From positions 228,254 through 292,253 of the forward strand of contig CAJINV010000005.1 in assembly GCA_905178155.1 (NCBI GenBank): DNA of 64,000 bases, written 5' to 3'. Below the pieces are notes generated by a model. That model saw nothing but the letters and a program-made list of their open reading frames with translations, had not been told where the DNA came from and did not search any database. The position numbers and the translations under genes were made by a program. This document shows, piece by piece, positions 13,901-25,634 of the stretch; the stretch's first letter is position 1, and each line of letters opens with the position of its first letter. This stretch comes from Amoebophrya sp. A120 (taxonomy: Eukaryota > Protista > Dinoflagellata).

Positions 13901-16342
13901 TCACGTACCTTAACGCCACCATCTCGTAGATGACGCAGCCTAAGCTCCACATATCCGATTTTGCGTCGTACGGCATGTCCCTCCACACCTCTGGACTGGC
14001 GTAATACGGTGTGCCGGTTTGCGTCATGCACAACCCTCTTTTGGCCACTTTCGACACGTTCAAGTCCCCGAGCTTGACTTCGCCCTTCGACCCCAGAAAA
14101 ACGTTTGCGCACTTCAGGTCGCGATGGAGAATTTTCAACTCGTGCAGGGCCTTCAGCCTGTTGTGGAGGCAGTTCACGAAAATGATTGTGATGCGTGACA
14201 ACAAAAAACAGCACACTGCTTGTCGTGCAGTTTTATTTCATGCTCAAAACATAAATCGCAAACGTGCAAAAGCTAGTATACCCGTGGCACATCCCGAATG
14301 TGCAGTGCCACACGTCGGCTTCGCGAAAGAAAGTTCGCATTTTCTGGTGGTGACTAATCTTCTGGAACAGGTCGCCGCCGTCTGCGTACTCAGTGATGAT
14401 GCACAAACACCTGATTGGTTTTTTCTCATGCATACAATAATCCATCACTGGCGTTATTTCTCTTTTGCTTTTCGCACAAGCTGCCTGACAATGAAATCCG
14501 ATAGGACGACAATAGAGATTTTATCTGCGAGTACTTACCTCGACGCGTCGTCATAGAACGACTCCTTGTAGCCGATGACGTTTTCGTGCTGAATGGAAGC
14601 AAGGAGCCGCACTTCGTTCAGCGAGTTTTGCTTTTCCTTCTCGGACAAATTCGGCAATTTTACCTTCTTCAAAGCGTAGATTTTGTTGTCCGATAGTCGC
14701 AAAATTTTGTACACCGCGGAATAAGCGCCCTCCCCGAGCAACGCCATCTGCCGGAAATCCTTCAAACTCGTAGACACCGCCGGGGGTAGGCCGTTTTTCA
14801 ATTCGGAGATGATTTTCTCGTCGGTGGCGGAGATGGGAGGCTGATAAATTTAGTTTTTTTTCTTTGGAAAATTGGAATTTCTCACACGAACCTTGATCTT
14901 GAATACGTAAAAACAACGAACTGCGCTTCTCCTTCTCTCGTTCATGCTTAAAAAGAGACAAGTTCAAACGATGTACAAAACGGAGGACGACATCACCAGA
15001 ACCAGTATTCCCAAAATAAAACAAAGTACTCTTTTATCCTGCGACGAGCTGCTTTTGCTCTTCGAGTTATTCCCGACGGAGGGGTCTTCCGTCATGTCGC
15101 CTCGTCTTCTTCTCCGCTCACTTTTGTTCAACTCCCGATCGGGTGAACCGACGCCCGACCCCGTAGAGGAACTCCGGTGCTTGCTTATCATTTGTAAAAA
15201 CGTCCCCACCTGATAGCTGTAATGCAATTCTGCATGCTGAAGACGTTTCTCATGCGGAGCCCCATGAGAAGCATTCTCTAGTCGCGTTTCGGAATTTTTC
15301 ACGCTTCAATCAGCATTATAGGCTGGATTCGTGATGCTGGTAAACTAGCTAAACAGTCTTGCACTATGTGGCCAAACTTGTCATGCGCAACAGCCAAGCC
15401 CTGTGGATTTGTCTAGCAGATTTGCCATCTTGACTATGGGGCGGGGACGTTTTTACACAAGATATTGCTGTGCGACGACTCCACCGGCTCTCCGGTGATC
15501 ATGCTGGACGGGTTTATCAAATGTAAAAATGTCTGGGTCTGGAAGATTCCGAGATTTGTCATGCACATTTTGCATGACTCCTGATGTCTGTGATGCATGC
15601 CCTAGCATCAGAAATTTTTTGCGAGCTTTCGGATGCGTATCCTGCATGACAAATGCCCTCATCGTGTAGCACAAAGTCGAATCCTCTTGCTAGTCATGCA
15701 ACACAGATTTTCTTAGAATCCGAAGACAGCATCAGAAGTTGCATCCTTCCAGACCCAGACATTTTTACAATCCATAGGGTTATTGCTGCTACTATTGTTG
15801 TTTCCACTGGAGGAGCCTCCACCCGCGTTTGCAGCACTGCCCAGAACGTTGTTGCTGTTGCTTCCACCTCCACCGCTGACAGAGTCCAGCACGTTACTCG
15901 GCGGTAGCGCCGTGGAGGAGCTCGGCGTCCCGGAACCTACCACCACGCCGGACGTTGCATTTGCTCCCGATGAATCGCCGTTGCTGCTGGTGCTCGACCT
16001 CCTTTTCTTCATTTCCCGTTCTGCCTTCTGCTGCTGCGCCCGCACCTCCGCGGCCTGCTGCTGCATGGCGGCCGCCTGCGCCTGCAGCTTCTCCGCCTGC
16101 TGCTCCAAGTCGACGGCTTGCTGCAGTGACATGGCGTGGGGGGTGTTGGACCCGACCAGGCTGTCGACGGAATTCAGAGACGAAGAGTGTCGGTGGTCCT
16201 CGGTGCTGGAGGTCGCTGTCGTCGTGTTCGTCGCTCGACTGCTAGACGCGACGACGTTGGCAGATTTCACAGAGACTAACGGTTCTACGGGTCCGCCAGC
16301 GGTCGGCGTGCCGGTTCCGACCGGTGGCTGACTGCTAGACAT
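10906..16342 (-). CDS. NIMA-related (NEK) Ser/Thr kinase with long low-complexity N- and C-terminal extensions
   Basis: Motifs GEGAYSAV, YALKKV, NEVRLLASIQHENVIGYKESF, ILHRDLKCANVFL, KLGDLNVSK, TQTGTPYYASPE, KSDMWSLG lie across GT-AG-separated exons (13.4-14.8 kb). The N-terminal part (16342-15030) is joined through an inferred GT-AG intron 14841-15029. The junction to ORF 10906-12531 is less certain. Contains three introners. Confidence 0.85.
12881..13135. mobile_element. Introner/MITE family A, 255 bp, TSD TGAGG
   Basis: TIR plus TSD; excision gives QQPQPQQDLPVV in frame. Confidence 0.95.
15186..15464. mobile_element. Introner/MITE family C, 279 bp, TSD TTGCT
   Basis: TIR TATCATTTGTAAAAACGTCCCC / GGGGACGTTTTTACACAAGATA; excision gives ESSHSKHRSS; copies at 36119 and 61012. 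Confidence 0.95.
15515..15776. mobile_element. Introner/MITE family A, 262 bp, TSD GGGTT
   Basis: TIR plus TSD; excision gives SNNPSSMITG in frame. Confidence 0.95.
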
Positions 16343-17416
16343 GATTTTGATAATCTATTTCTTGTTTCGTCGGCGATTGCTCTCTTGTTTTCAATCGAGG
16401 AGGACTTCTTCCCGTGCTGGTCTGTCGGTATCTGATGTTCTATTCTGTTTACTGCGAGCATGCATATGATGCGTTTCGACTTATGAATTCTCCTTGTGAA
16501 TAACTCTTCGCAAAAATTGTTCGCAACGAAGTTTTTTATTCTGATTTCCCTAGAAGTACGTCTTCTGACACTCTTCTGCTACAGCGGGCTACAAGCTGCT
16601 AAGCTAACAGTCAGCCTATTGTTACCGCGATGTAGTTGCTTCTCCTCCGTTCTCGAAACAAAAAAATCTAGGCAATGTTTTCGTGTTTGTGAGATGAAAA
16701 TCATTCATTGAATTCACAAAAAATATCGTGGATGAGCAATCCTCACGAGCAGTCCCTCAAACAAGTTTTAGTACTTTTCACGAACTACATGCATGTACTC
16801 GTCGGTCCTACCGTGTGCGACGTATAGCCCGAAATGTGTTCTCGACGTGGTGCGACGATGCTGAATGTAGCGATAAAATAATCGATGACATTATGATACG
16901 ATTGTGTAGAGCTTTGTGATGTGAATATGATAGGTTCAACTTGGGGCCCTGTAGGTGCAACGATAAAACGTGCGACGATAGGGAGGATGATATGCTATTT
17001 TCTAAACAAGAGCGGTCGTGGTCCTCAGCTTCTTCTCTCAACGATTACACGGGCACTCACCTTCGACTTTGACCATTAACGAGCGCCGATGACTTTTCAA
17101 GAACCGACTCTTTCGCAAGACTTTCCTGCGTACAGTAACAACAGATGAGAAAGACCCAAATTATGTGCTGGCCGACTTCGATGTGTGCGGTAGGAAAGTA
17201 AAGTCAATCTTCACGTACTTACTTCTTTTTCTTTTCATAAAAAGCACAGTAGTAGTAATGCTGCCCGCCAAGCAACTTGTTGTTTTCTACTTTTATTCAA
17301 ACGTGTCAGCAGCATGCAAGGGAACGGTCAGGCCGATCTGACAGGCTGCGGGAACTACGCGTCTGTTGTAGATTTTCACGGCTTTTCTTACCATCGCTTT
17401 CTCCGGCAAAACCATG

Positions 17417-18363
17417 TCATACCGCCGGTTCAAGCTGGCCTGGTTTCGGAACCCAGAAAGCAGCCCCCGGAGGGAATCTTCGAGCTGATGCTGGGCCCGG
17501 GTGTACCTGTGGAAATTTTTCTTTTCTTTGACTACGAGGGAGGAAGCTGCTGGTGGAAGGGAGCACGGGAAATTCTATAAACACATCCGCGGTGATACGA
17601 CGCGTTTCCATCTGCATGACAACAGATAACCGAAAAACGTACCTTTCAAGTTGCTTCAGCAGTCCAATCCTCTTTGTATCATACTTGTGCACGGCGCCCT
17701 GAAAATACGTGTGCGCCATATTCTATCAAGTGTAAAAATGTCTGGGTCTGGAAGAGTGCATGTTTGTCATGCTTGTCTGGCATGACTCTCAAATCTGTCA
17801 TGCACGTTACCCAAGACCGCCATTTTTCTGTCATGTAGAAACGCAGTTTGTCCTGCAGAATAGGCAACATCTAGAAGCTCAGAAACTTGTCATGCTGAGC
17901 GAGCACTTGTGGCCTCCTCATGATACGCCACCCAGCATCACAAGTTTCCAGACCCAGACATTTTTGCATTTGATATATTCACGGCCCGGTTTGCCTCGTC
18001 AATCGTGCCGTCTTTTTCCTCTTTCGATTTAAAAACCGGCGGCGGGCCGAGGGGTCTGTCTCCGCCCGGACTCCCATTACACCGGCACTTTTTCCCGTTT
18101 GCCTTAAACCCCGCGACTTTGGGGTCCGGGAAATTTTCTAGCGGTGGAGGCTCGGAAGGGGCGAAAAACTTCAAAAGTGAGCCAAAAGAGAAGAAACTCG
18201 TCCTTGCGTTTCTTCTGCCGCTGTTGGTCGGGAATGCTGCTGAAGGTTGCGCACGCGGTTCTTCGGTTCCAGTGTGGCTGAGTGGCGTTCTGCTCGAGCT
18301 GGCCTTTCCTGCGCCGGTGAGGATACTAGCGGCATCGGTGGCCGAAAGCACGTCGCGCAACAT
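17417..18363 (-). CDS. Hypothetical protein, 3' end uncertain
   Basis: ORFs 17938-18363 and 17417-17719 join in frame (RAVNMAHTYF) after introner removal; a probable GT donor follows LKQLER, and downstream exons were not resolved. Confidence 0.6.
17724..17975. mobile_element. Introner/MITE family A, 252 bp, TSD TATTC
   Basis: TIR plus TATTC on both flanks. Confidence 0.95.
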
Positions 18364-19097
18364 CTTATTTGTTGTGTGCGAAAACTACACCTTTGTATCA
18401 CTGAAAAGGACGCGGCGCCCTACTGGCGCGGTAGAACGCGGGATGAATTTCGTGCACGCGACGCAGGATCGAGCGAAAACGGCGACGCAGGCTCGAGCGA
18501 AAACGAATAAAAGCAGGAATAACGAGAGAAAAAGGCGAAGAGAGATGCGACAGCGACAACGATCAAGATGTTCTCTCAGTTGCGATGGGAACTAACGTCC
18601 ACCGGGCGATGATGCTGACGATAATGACCACGAGAAAACGAATACGAAATTGCACGCAACCATCTACTATTTGTACAGCGATTTGCTCAACAGAAGTCCC
18701 AAGACCACGCACAACGAACTAGCAAACAGTGATCCTCTGAAAGAGCCCGAGCCTTGCCGCTTCCGCGATTGCATCGTGGTTTACACTTTCTTTGAAAAAC
18801 TCATCCTAGCGCCGTCGAGCAAATGATCTACAAGTTGTTCGTGTGGACGTTCGAACCTTCTCGTCGGGCCACAGTTTCATTGTCATGAAGGGTAGTAGGT
18901 GCCAGTTTTGGAGGGTTTCGTTTTGATAGTGAGTTCCTTGCCTATGGGGAGACAAAAACAATTCTACTCCTACTATGCGTGATGTGTTCGTTGGTTGACA
19001 TTCAATTTCAAATCAGTTCGTCGCAAATTATGATTATCTCGCCTGCTGTCTATGTATTTTTACAGACAGGAAACGAAAGAGCATGTCCACAGCATCT

Positions 19098-19620
19098 TTA
19101 AGAGTCCTTTTTCTTTTCCGCCTCCTTCGCATCTGCCTTTTCTTTCTTCTTCTTTGCGAGCATGGCGTTCTCCTCCACGTAGTCCTGTGCCGGGTGGTGC
19201 ATCATGGAGAGCAGTGCGATGAGAATGGAGAACAGCAACACGTGCGTCAAGTTGTAATTCCACTTTTTTCCCGGCATTGGAAACATCTTGTCGAGCACCT
19301 GCGCCACCATACCAAATTTCTTCACCTCCGTAACACCTGGTAGTATAGGACGGGGAGTTTCAGATTTCCTGCACTTTGTTTTGCAAAGTTGATCAACTTT
19401 CCTTCACATACAGAAAGTGTTTTCATGCGAAGAACGACCGGCACATGCATGACTAGTAATAGGCTGTGATGCTAAAAGTAATTCAGAAAAACACTGTACA
19501 GATGTAGGTGTAGAAGTTCCCGAAGAAGAAGAGCGCAATCCCCCCGAGCATCATCACCAGAAACGAAAATACGGCTCCGTCAAGGAACCTCCCTGGGGCG
19601 ACAAGCGTCAGGACCGGCAT
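19098..19620 (-). CDS. Small two-TM membrane protein with Lys-rich tail
   Basis: Exon 1 MPVLTLVAPGRFLDGAVFSFLVMMLGGIALFFFGNFYTYI splices by a phase-1 GT-AG intron to CVTEVKKFGMV...LLFSILIALLSM...KKKDS*. Confidence 0.7.
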
Positions 19621-20499
19621 TTTTTTCAGATTTTGGTTTGCGTGATTTCTTGTGACACAACTCTAGTGAGGTCTAGGAGACCTAGTGTGAAACAGGATAC
19701 TAGCAGACTACAGACTAGTGCGCAGTCCGCGATCAACTTCTTGCTTGAGAGAATGACAATAGGTTTAGCACCTAGAAGTACACGTGCATCTATGTAAAAG
19801 CAAAATGTACTTTCTGTTTGAAAAAATGGCACTTCTGTCTGCGTTTCTTCGCGAGCATTGTTACCAGACTGAAACTTTTTGAGGACGGTTTCCGTTTTTG
19901 GAGTCGCGTTGGTGAAACATAACCGGTTTGGCAGTACATGATCTCAGAACAGTTTTGGAGCAGTAGGATCTTTCAAATTTGAGCTGCAACTGCAATAAAT
20001 ATGCGCATGTGCGATGATATCAATCGGCTCTCTTCTAGAATGACCTTGAAGCCGACGTTGGGAACCCGTTTGCTGCCTGTCGCAGCATCGGAGTACTTTT
20101 TGTTGCTGCTTCCTTGTCATGCAATGATCGCATGACAAGGAAGCGGAGTACTTCTTGTTGTTGCTATTTTGATTTGTAAAAAATTCTTTGAAGGAAAATG
20201 TCTTAGTGTACGGCAAATTATTTGATGCGGATTTTTGAAACCCGAGCGAGCATTGCATCGAGTTAGAATAATCGCATCAGACTCTTTTGCGTATTGTACA
20301 TACGAAAAGTAATCGGCGGAGAAACGACCAACTCAACTCGCGATCACAAAATGATCATGTGCAGCGAGGTTATTCTATGCGATCAGAAATCGCGCTCGAA
20401 GGATCTTGAAAAAGTACTATACGGCAACATGCTACAACAGCCCTATGGATATGAAACCCACAGGGAAATAAAACTGCAGTATTATCGGCCTGCAACTTT

Positions 20500-22040
20500 T
20501 CAGGGAAACTCCTGCAGTACAAGATTCCTTGCCAAGACCAGTGGCATCGGCCCTATTAAGGCATTGAAATTTTCCCTGCTCAAACAGTAGCAGCTTGCTG
20601 TTTCTGAGAGTACTTTTACCGTCGCGGGGCGCGGGTGGTCGAACACTAACGCCAGCTCGCCCCAATAGTCGCCGATGGTGTAGGTTGTGGTCTCCACCCC
20701 GTTTTCGATCACAGACAAGGACCCACTCGCGACCAAATACAGGCAGTCTCCGGGCTGTTTCTGCTCGGTGACCTTCGCCATCTCCTCGAAGTGCTGGAGT
20801 TTCAGTGCGTCGACGAGCTGGGAGATTTCCGCCTCGGTTAATGAGAAAAACATCGGAATCCGGCGCAAATGCTTTTGTAGCTGGGTCCTCTGCCGCAGCG
20901 CGTGGTCCTGTTGCACGGCGCGCCAGACCGTTCGCTCGAGTTTGTACAAGACCGAGTCTTCCGCGGCGACCACCGCCACCGCCCGTCGCTGCGCCATATC
21001 GGTCAGGCAGTTTTCGCCGAGAATCAAGCCGGGCTCCAATGTGCGCACCAGCTGCTCGTCCGGGTTGCCCTCGAGCACCTTGAAGCATTCCAGCTTGCCG
21101 CTATCGACCACGTACATGCAGTCCGCCTCTTCGTTCTCCTCGACGACCCTGCGGCCTTTGGAGGCCGCGACGGGCTCGAGGGCATTTAAAAGGATTTCTT
21201 TAACCGCGTCTGCGCATCCATTCCACAGGAAAGATTGCTCGAGGGTCTGTAGTTTTTCATCCGATACGACTTGGTAAAAACCGAGTGCTTTTGCTTGATG
21301 TCATGCCGTCTGAATAACTATAAGTAGCTCGCTTCAACATATTTATTTTCATGCGGAAGATAGATCACGGTTTGCAGGATTAAAAAAAAATCGGAAATCA
21401 TTCGTACCTGAAGTAGCCGAAGCCTTTCGTCATCAGTTTTCGGGTGCACGGGCGGGACTATGGCTGTTCTTGGATTGGCATCACCGAACCTGACAAGTTT
21501 TGTTTGCCATAGAAATTGCGTTTTTGTCTTGAAGAAGGAGCTGCAGTCCTTGCATCTCTACTAAGCGTAAATCAACAAAAGCGAGAAAAAAACATACGTT
21601 TCCGCGCTGATCGCCATTCCTCGCTTCCTTGGAACGGGCACCTGGCTATCATCCAAATATTCTTCCTCCTCTCCCTCCTCTTCAACCTCAGCTTTCTCCT
21701 CTCCTTCCACGATCTCCGCTGCGGATTTCTCCGGCGCGTTCACAAAGTCCGAACATTCCTGCACTCGTTGTCCCATGTTCTGCAAAGTTGCGTGCAGTGT
21801 TTTGTTCTCCTGCTTCAGCGCCTCGACCTGTTTGTCCCTCGCTACGGTCTTCAGCCGCTGCATGTCGATCGCGAAATCGGAGGGCCTGCCCAGGCGCTTC
21901 TGCAGCCACGCCTGCATAAACTTCAGGGGTTCGCTGGGTTGGTGACAGATGATGTCGGTGACCAGGTCGTGCAACACTGGGTTCATGTGCTCGGACAAAA
22001 ACCGGCTGCGCTCCTCGCCCAGGGCGCTGGTGTCCACCAT
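20500..22040 (-). CDS. cAMP-dependent protein kinase regulatory-subunit-like protein
   Basis: N-terminal dimerisation/docking-like helix (QPSEPLKFMQAWL), inhibitor-site-like RKRGMAISAE, and two cNMP-binding domains (MYVVDSG; YWGELALVFDHPRPATV); two GT-AG introns. Confidence 0.85.
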
Positions 22041-22848
22041 CTTGTGTGATCTTGTAGTGTGGGGTTGGGAAGATAATGTACGAAAAATACGGGGGTACGG
22101 CTGTAGAACTAATGCAACAATGGGTCACTTATATCATCCTGAATGAAAGCCTGGTTTTTGTTCGCAAATATCGTAGACGATGAAGTAGAAGTCGACGCAG
22201 GGATGAACAGCGCAACTTCGCCGGGAAAACGAAAGTACGGCGATTATTGTACGATGAAACGACTTGATTTTTCTATCGACCAGTTTTCAATCCGATGAAC
22301 GACAATCGAAAGCAATACAGATACAGAACCGAGAGCAACATGACAAAACATTTTTACCGAGATGAGGCACGAACTTACTATTCGAATATGCACCTCGCGC
22401 CAGGTCCGAGCGCAGTGCAACTGCAGAAACAGGAGGACCGACAGTGATGTATTTGATGGTGGTCGCATACCGAATATTGTGGAGAATAGGAAACAGGCAT
22501 ACTTCCTCCACGGCGGAAGTTTGTTTCATCATCCAAAGTCGAAGTAATTCGTGCGGGCGCACTGCGGCTGTTGGTGCAGACCGTTTCCTATGTATCTATG
22601 CGCTGGTCATGTCGACTGCCGCAGCAAGGAGTACTTACGGCGCAGCGACACGCAGGAAATTCTGCCCAATAAGGCGAGTTTAGAAATAGGAATTTGTCCT
22701 CTAATCGCTAGCAGCAATGCAAAGTTAAGTTATCCTCGACACACAAATAAATACTTATTAATGCACGTAAAAACTACGCCGGCTCCGCTCTATTCTCAGC
22801 AAAATATTCGATCCGCAGGTGTTTAGTACTTTATTCCCAGCTTGTTCG

Positions 22849-25634
22849 TCACAGCTCGCCCGCGGGAGGTGAGTTACTGTCGAACGCGCCCTCGGGGAAG
22901 AGATTAGGAGGGGATGGGGAATCACTATCGAACGCCCCGCTCGGAAACAAATTTGGGGCAGAAGAGGACGACTCGCCGCTGCTGTCAAAAACCCCGTCCG
23001 GAAACAGATCCGCCGGTGAACTAGACTCGCTGTCGAAAGCCCCGTCCGGAAAAAGCGGGTCGACGTGGATGTCAATCGTCGGGATTTTGCTAGTGGTTGT
23101 GGTTTTCGTCTTTGCGGCAGATGAACGAGCAGGGGGTACAACTTTATTTCTGACAGGTGGAGGCGCCGTCGTTGTACTTGCAGTTCGAGGTGGAGTTTTA
23201 CTTGTTTCTGTTGGCATTTCTTTTCCAACAACTCGAGGTGGCGGCTCATAATTTTCCGACTTGACAGACGCACTGTTTACTCGTTGAGATTTGGTCACCG
23301 TCTGCGGTACTGCATCTTCGTCCAGCGAAGGTGCTGGTTCTGCTCCTGCCTCCCCGGCTTCGAGGTTTGAATTTGGGAACGTCGCACCAGCAGGTTCTAC
23401 TTCATGATCCACCGGAGGGCCGTTCGAATTTTCCTCGTCCTCCTCCCGCGCCGGGAAATGGTTGTTCATTTTGTAACCCGGCTTCTTGCTTTCCCGCAAG
23501 TGTTTTTCCATTTCCTCCTTCCGCTGCTTCGATTCTTCTTCCTTCATCATTTCCAGAAACCATTCGAAAAAATCCACCCCGTTCCAGTCCTCTTCAAAAT
23601 TGTAGTCTTCGGGGTCTTTGTCGTGCATTGCCGCGCCGCCGACGAAAGAACTCTTAGAACTGAAAGAGTCATCTTCATCTTCTTCATGTGGCGGGTAAGA
23701 GGAATTCATCTCGTCGTGTTCTTCATAGTACTGTTCCTGTTCGTGCTCGTGTTCCTCGTCCTCTTCCTGCACTGGACTGGCGGTTGTTGTTCTCGGTTTA
23801 TTTTTCTGCTTTGGTTTCTTCGTTGTAGCCGAACTCTGTTTCTTTTTCTTCTTGCTTGAAGTAGATTTCTGGCTGTGGTAAGGTTTGTAACTCGCCTTCG
23901 CATGCTTGTCCGTGTTTTTTCTTTTCGGGGAAGCTTTGTTGTTGGAGGAAGACCAGAAGCGTGCCAGATCCGAGAATTTGAAGCTCCCGGACTCCTCCAT
24001 CCAAGCAACGTAGTGGTCAAATTTCCCGCTCATCGCGGTCAGGAAGCTGGCCCACTTCTCCTCCAGTTTCACGAAATACTTGTGCGTCTCGAAAAACCCG
24101 TCGTTGCGATCTGTGTAGGATTTTTCATTGTCTTGGTTGAGGGTATACATGAATCTGGGGTCGTGGGCTTGTGGAAGACGATTCTAGGGGGGCAGAGATT
24201 GGAACGCAAAACGTCAATTCAGCGGTCGTCGGTCAACTCCTTCTTACTCGAAAAAGTTATTTAAAAGTAAAAATCATTCTGAGTGCTGTACATATACCTG
24301 ATCCTGGCTCTGTGATCCACGGCCCGTTCCACTCCCAGCCGTCCTGGACCATTTCCCAAAACGTGCCCCCGTCGTCCGCATCGCCGCTCCTCCGGTTGCT
24401 GTACTTCTTGATTGCCTGGTGCGCCTGGTTCAGCTCCGCCATCTTCCGCGAGCAATCTTCACAATCCGGATTCCGATCCGGGTGGAGTTTCAGCGACATT
24501 TTGCGAAAGGCCTGCTTCACCTCGTCCGCACTGGCGGTGCGGCTGATCCCGAGCAGTCGGTAGGGGTCTTGGTCGGCGCCTTCGGAAACGTCGTAGCCGG
24601 ACAGGAACTCGTAGATGTAGGGCAGGTACACGATGAGTGCGAGAAAAGCGATCACGGTGAACAGACGGGAGGTGACTGTGAGTGGAGGAAGGTTTGCGTT
24701 TTATAACATGCTGACGTTTTTGGAAAAAATTTAAGAAAGTTAAGGCTTACTGCAGTAAGACAGCCACAGCGCGTACGTGTGCCCACGTAAGTACCGTACT
24801 CAGGAACAATGCAATTATACCGTAACCGTAGCGCAGAAATGAAGACATTTATCAACCCACACAAAAACAGCTTTTACCACCCCACAGAAACGCTCTGCAG
24901 CACCCTTGCGGGCCGCAGCAGGTCCTCCCGGCGGCCGCGTACCTGTCCGCCTCTGCGCCGAGGGGCGCGCTCGGGTGCACATTTTTGTCGTTGAACTGTT
25001 TTACGTAGTACGGGATGAAGAGCAGATCGACGTAGATCCCGAGGGATAAGAACCCAATTGTCCACTGGTGCAGCGTTGCCCACATGGGGTCTTCCAGGTA
25101 GATGTGGTGTGCACCGGTCAAGAAGCCGCCACAGAAAAACTGCAGGTACGCGTGCTTCACGTCTTTTCGCTTTCGGAGCTGTCCGCTCCGTATTCGCTCG
25201 CGCGACGCCGGGGAAAGATCGCCGCCCGCAGTAGGTGGCGGGTCCTCAGCGCCTGAAAGAACGGCCGCTGTGCCGTCGGCGTTTGTGGTCGCAGGTGAGG
25301 ATCCGGGGCGAGGTGTTTCGGTCGCATCAGCAGTTGCGCCAGTCATGGACGTGGTTCCCTGCACTGGGCTGTTCACCATATTTGCATTATTTCCCGGCTG
25401 CTGCGGCGGTTGGTTATTATTTCCCCCGGTCTTGCATCCGTTGGAGATCCATCGGCAGACCAGCCAGAGTCCAATGGTGTACGTGAGCGTCCACATCTCG
25501 TCTACGTCACCGTCCATGACCCGCTCGATGCGGGCAAGAAGGACGTCGAGCAGCTCCAGCAGGAGCACCATGATCCGCGCGTACCACGAGGCGCCGTCGC
25601 CGTCGGAATTGGGCTCGGAACCGGTAGCAGACAT
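22849..25634 (-). CDS. TM2-domain plus J-domain membrane co-chaperone (DNAJC22/Wurst-like architecture) with long repeat-bearing C-terminus
   Basis: TM2-like [24 protein letters not shown]; GT-AG intron 24676-24877; J-domain [34 protein letters not shown]. The link to ORF 22849-24150 is inferred through an AAG acceptor and is less certain. Confidence 0.75.

Noticed and set aside
14964-15029. Apparent C-terminal TM anchor (VLCFILGILVLVMSSSVLYIV) making 16342-14964 a separate tail-anchored protein
   Set aside because: It begins exactly at a GT and is T-rich; a phase-0 intron to 14841 joins the frame to the kinase exon, which otherwise lacks a suitable start. Not fully excluded without cDNA.
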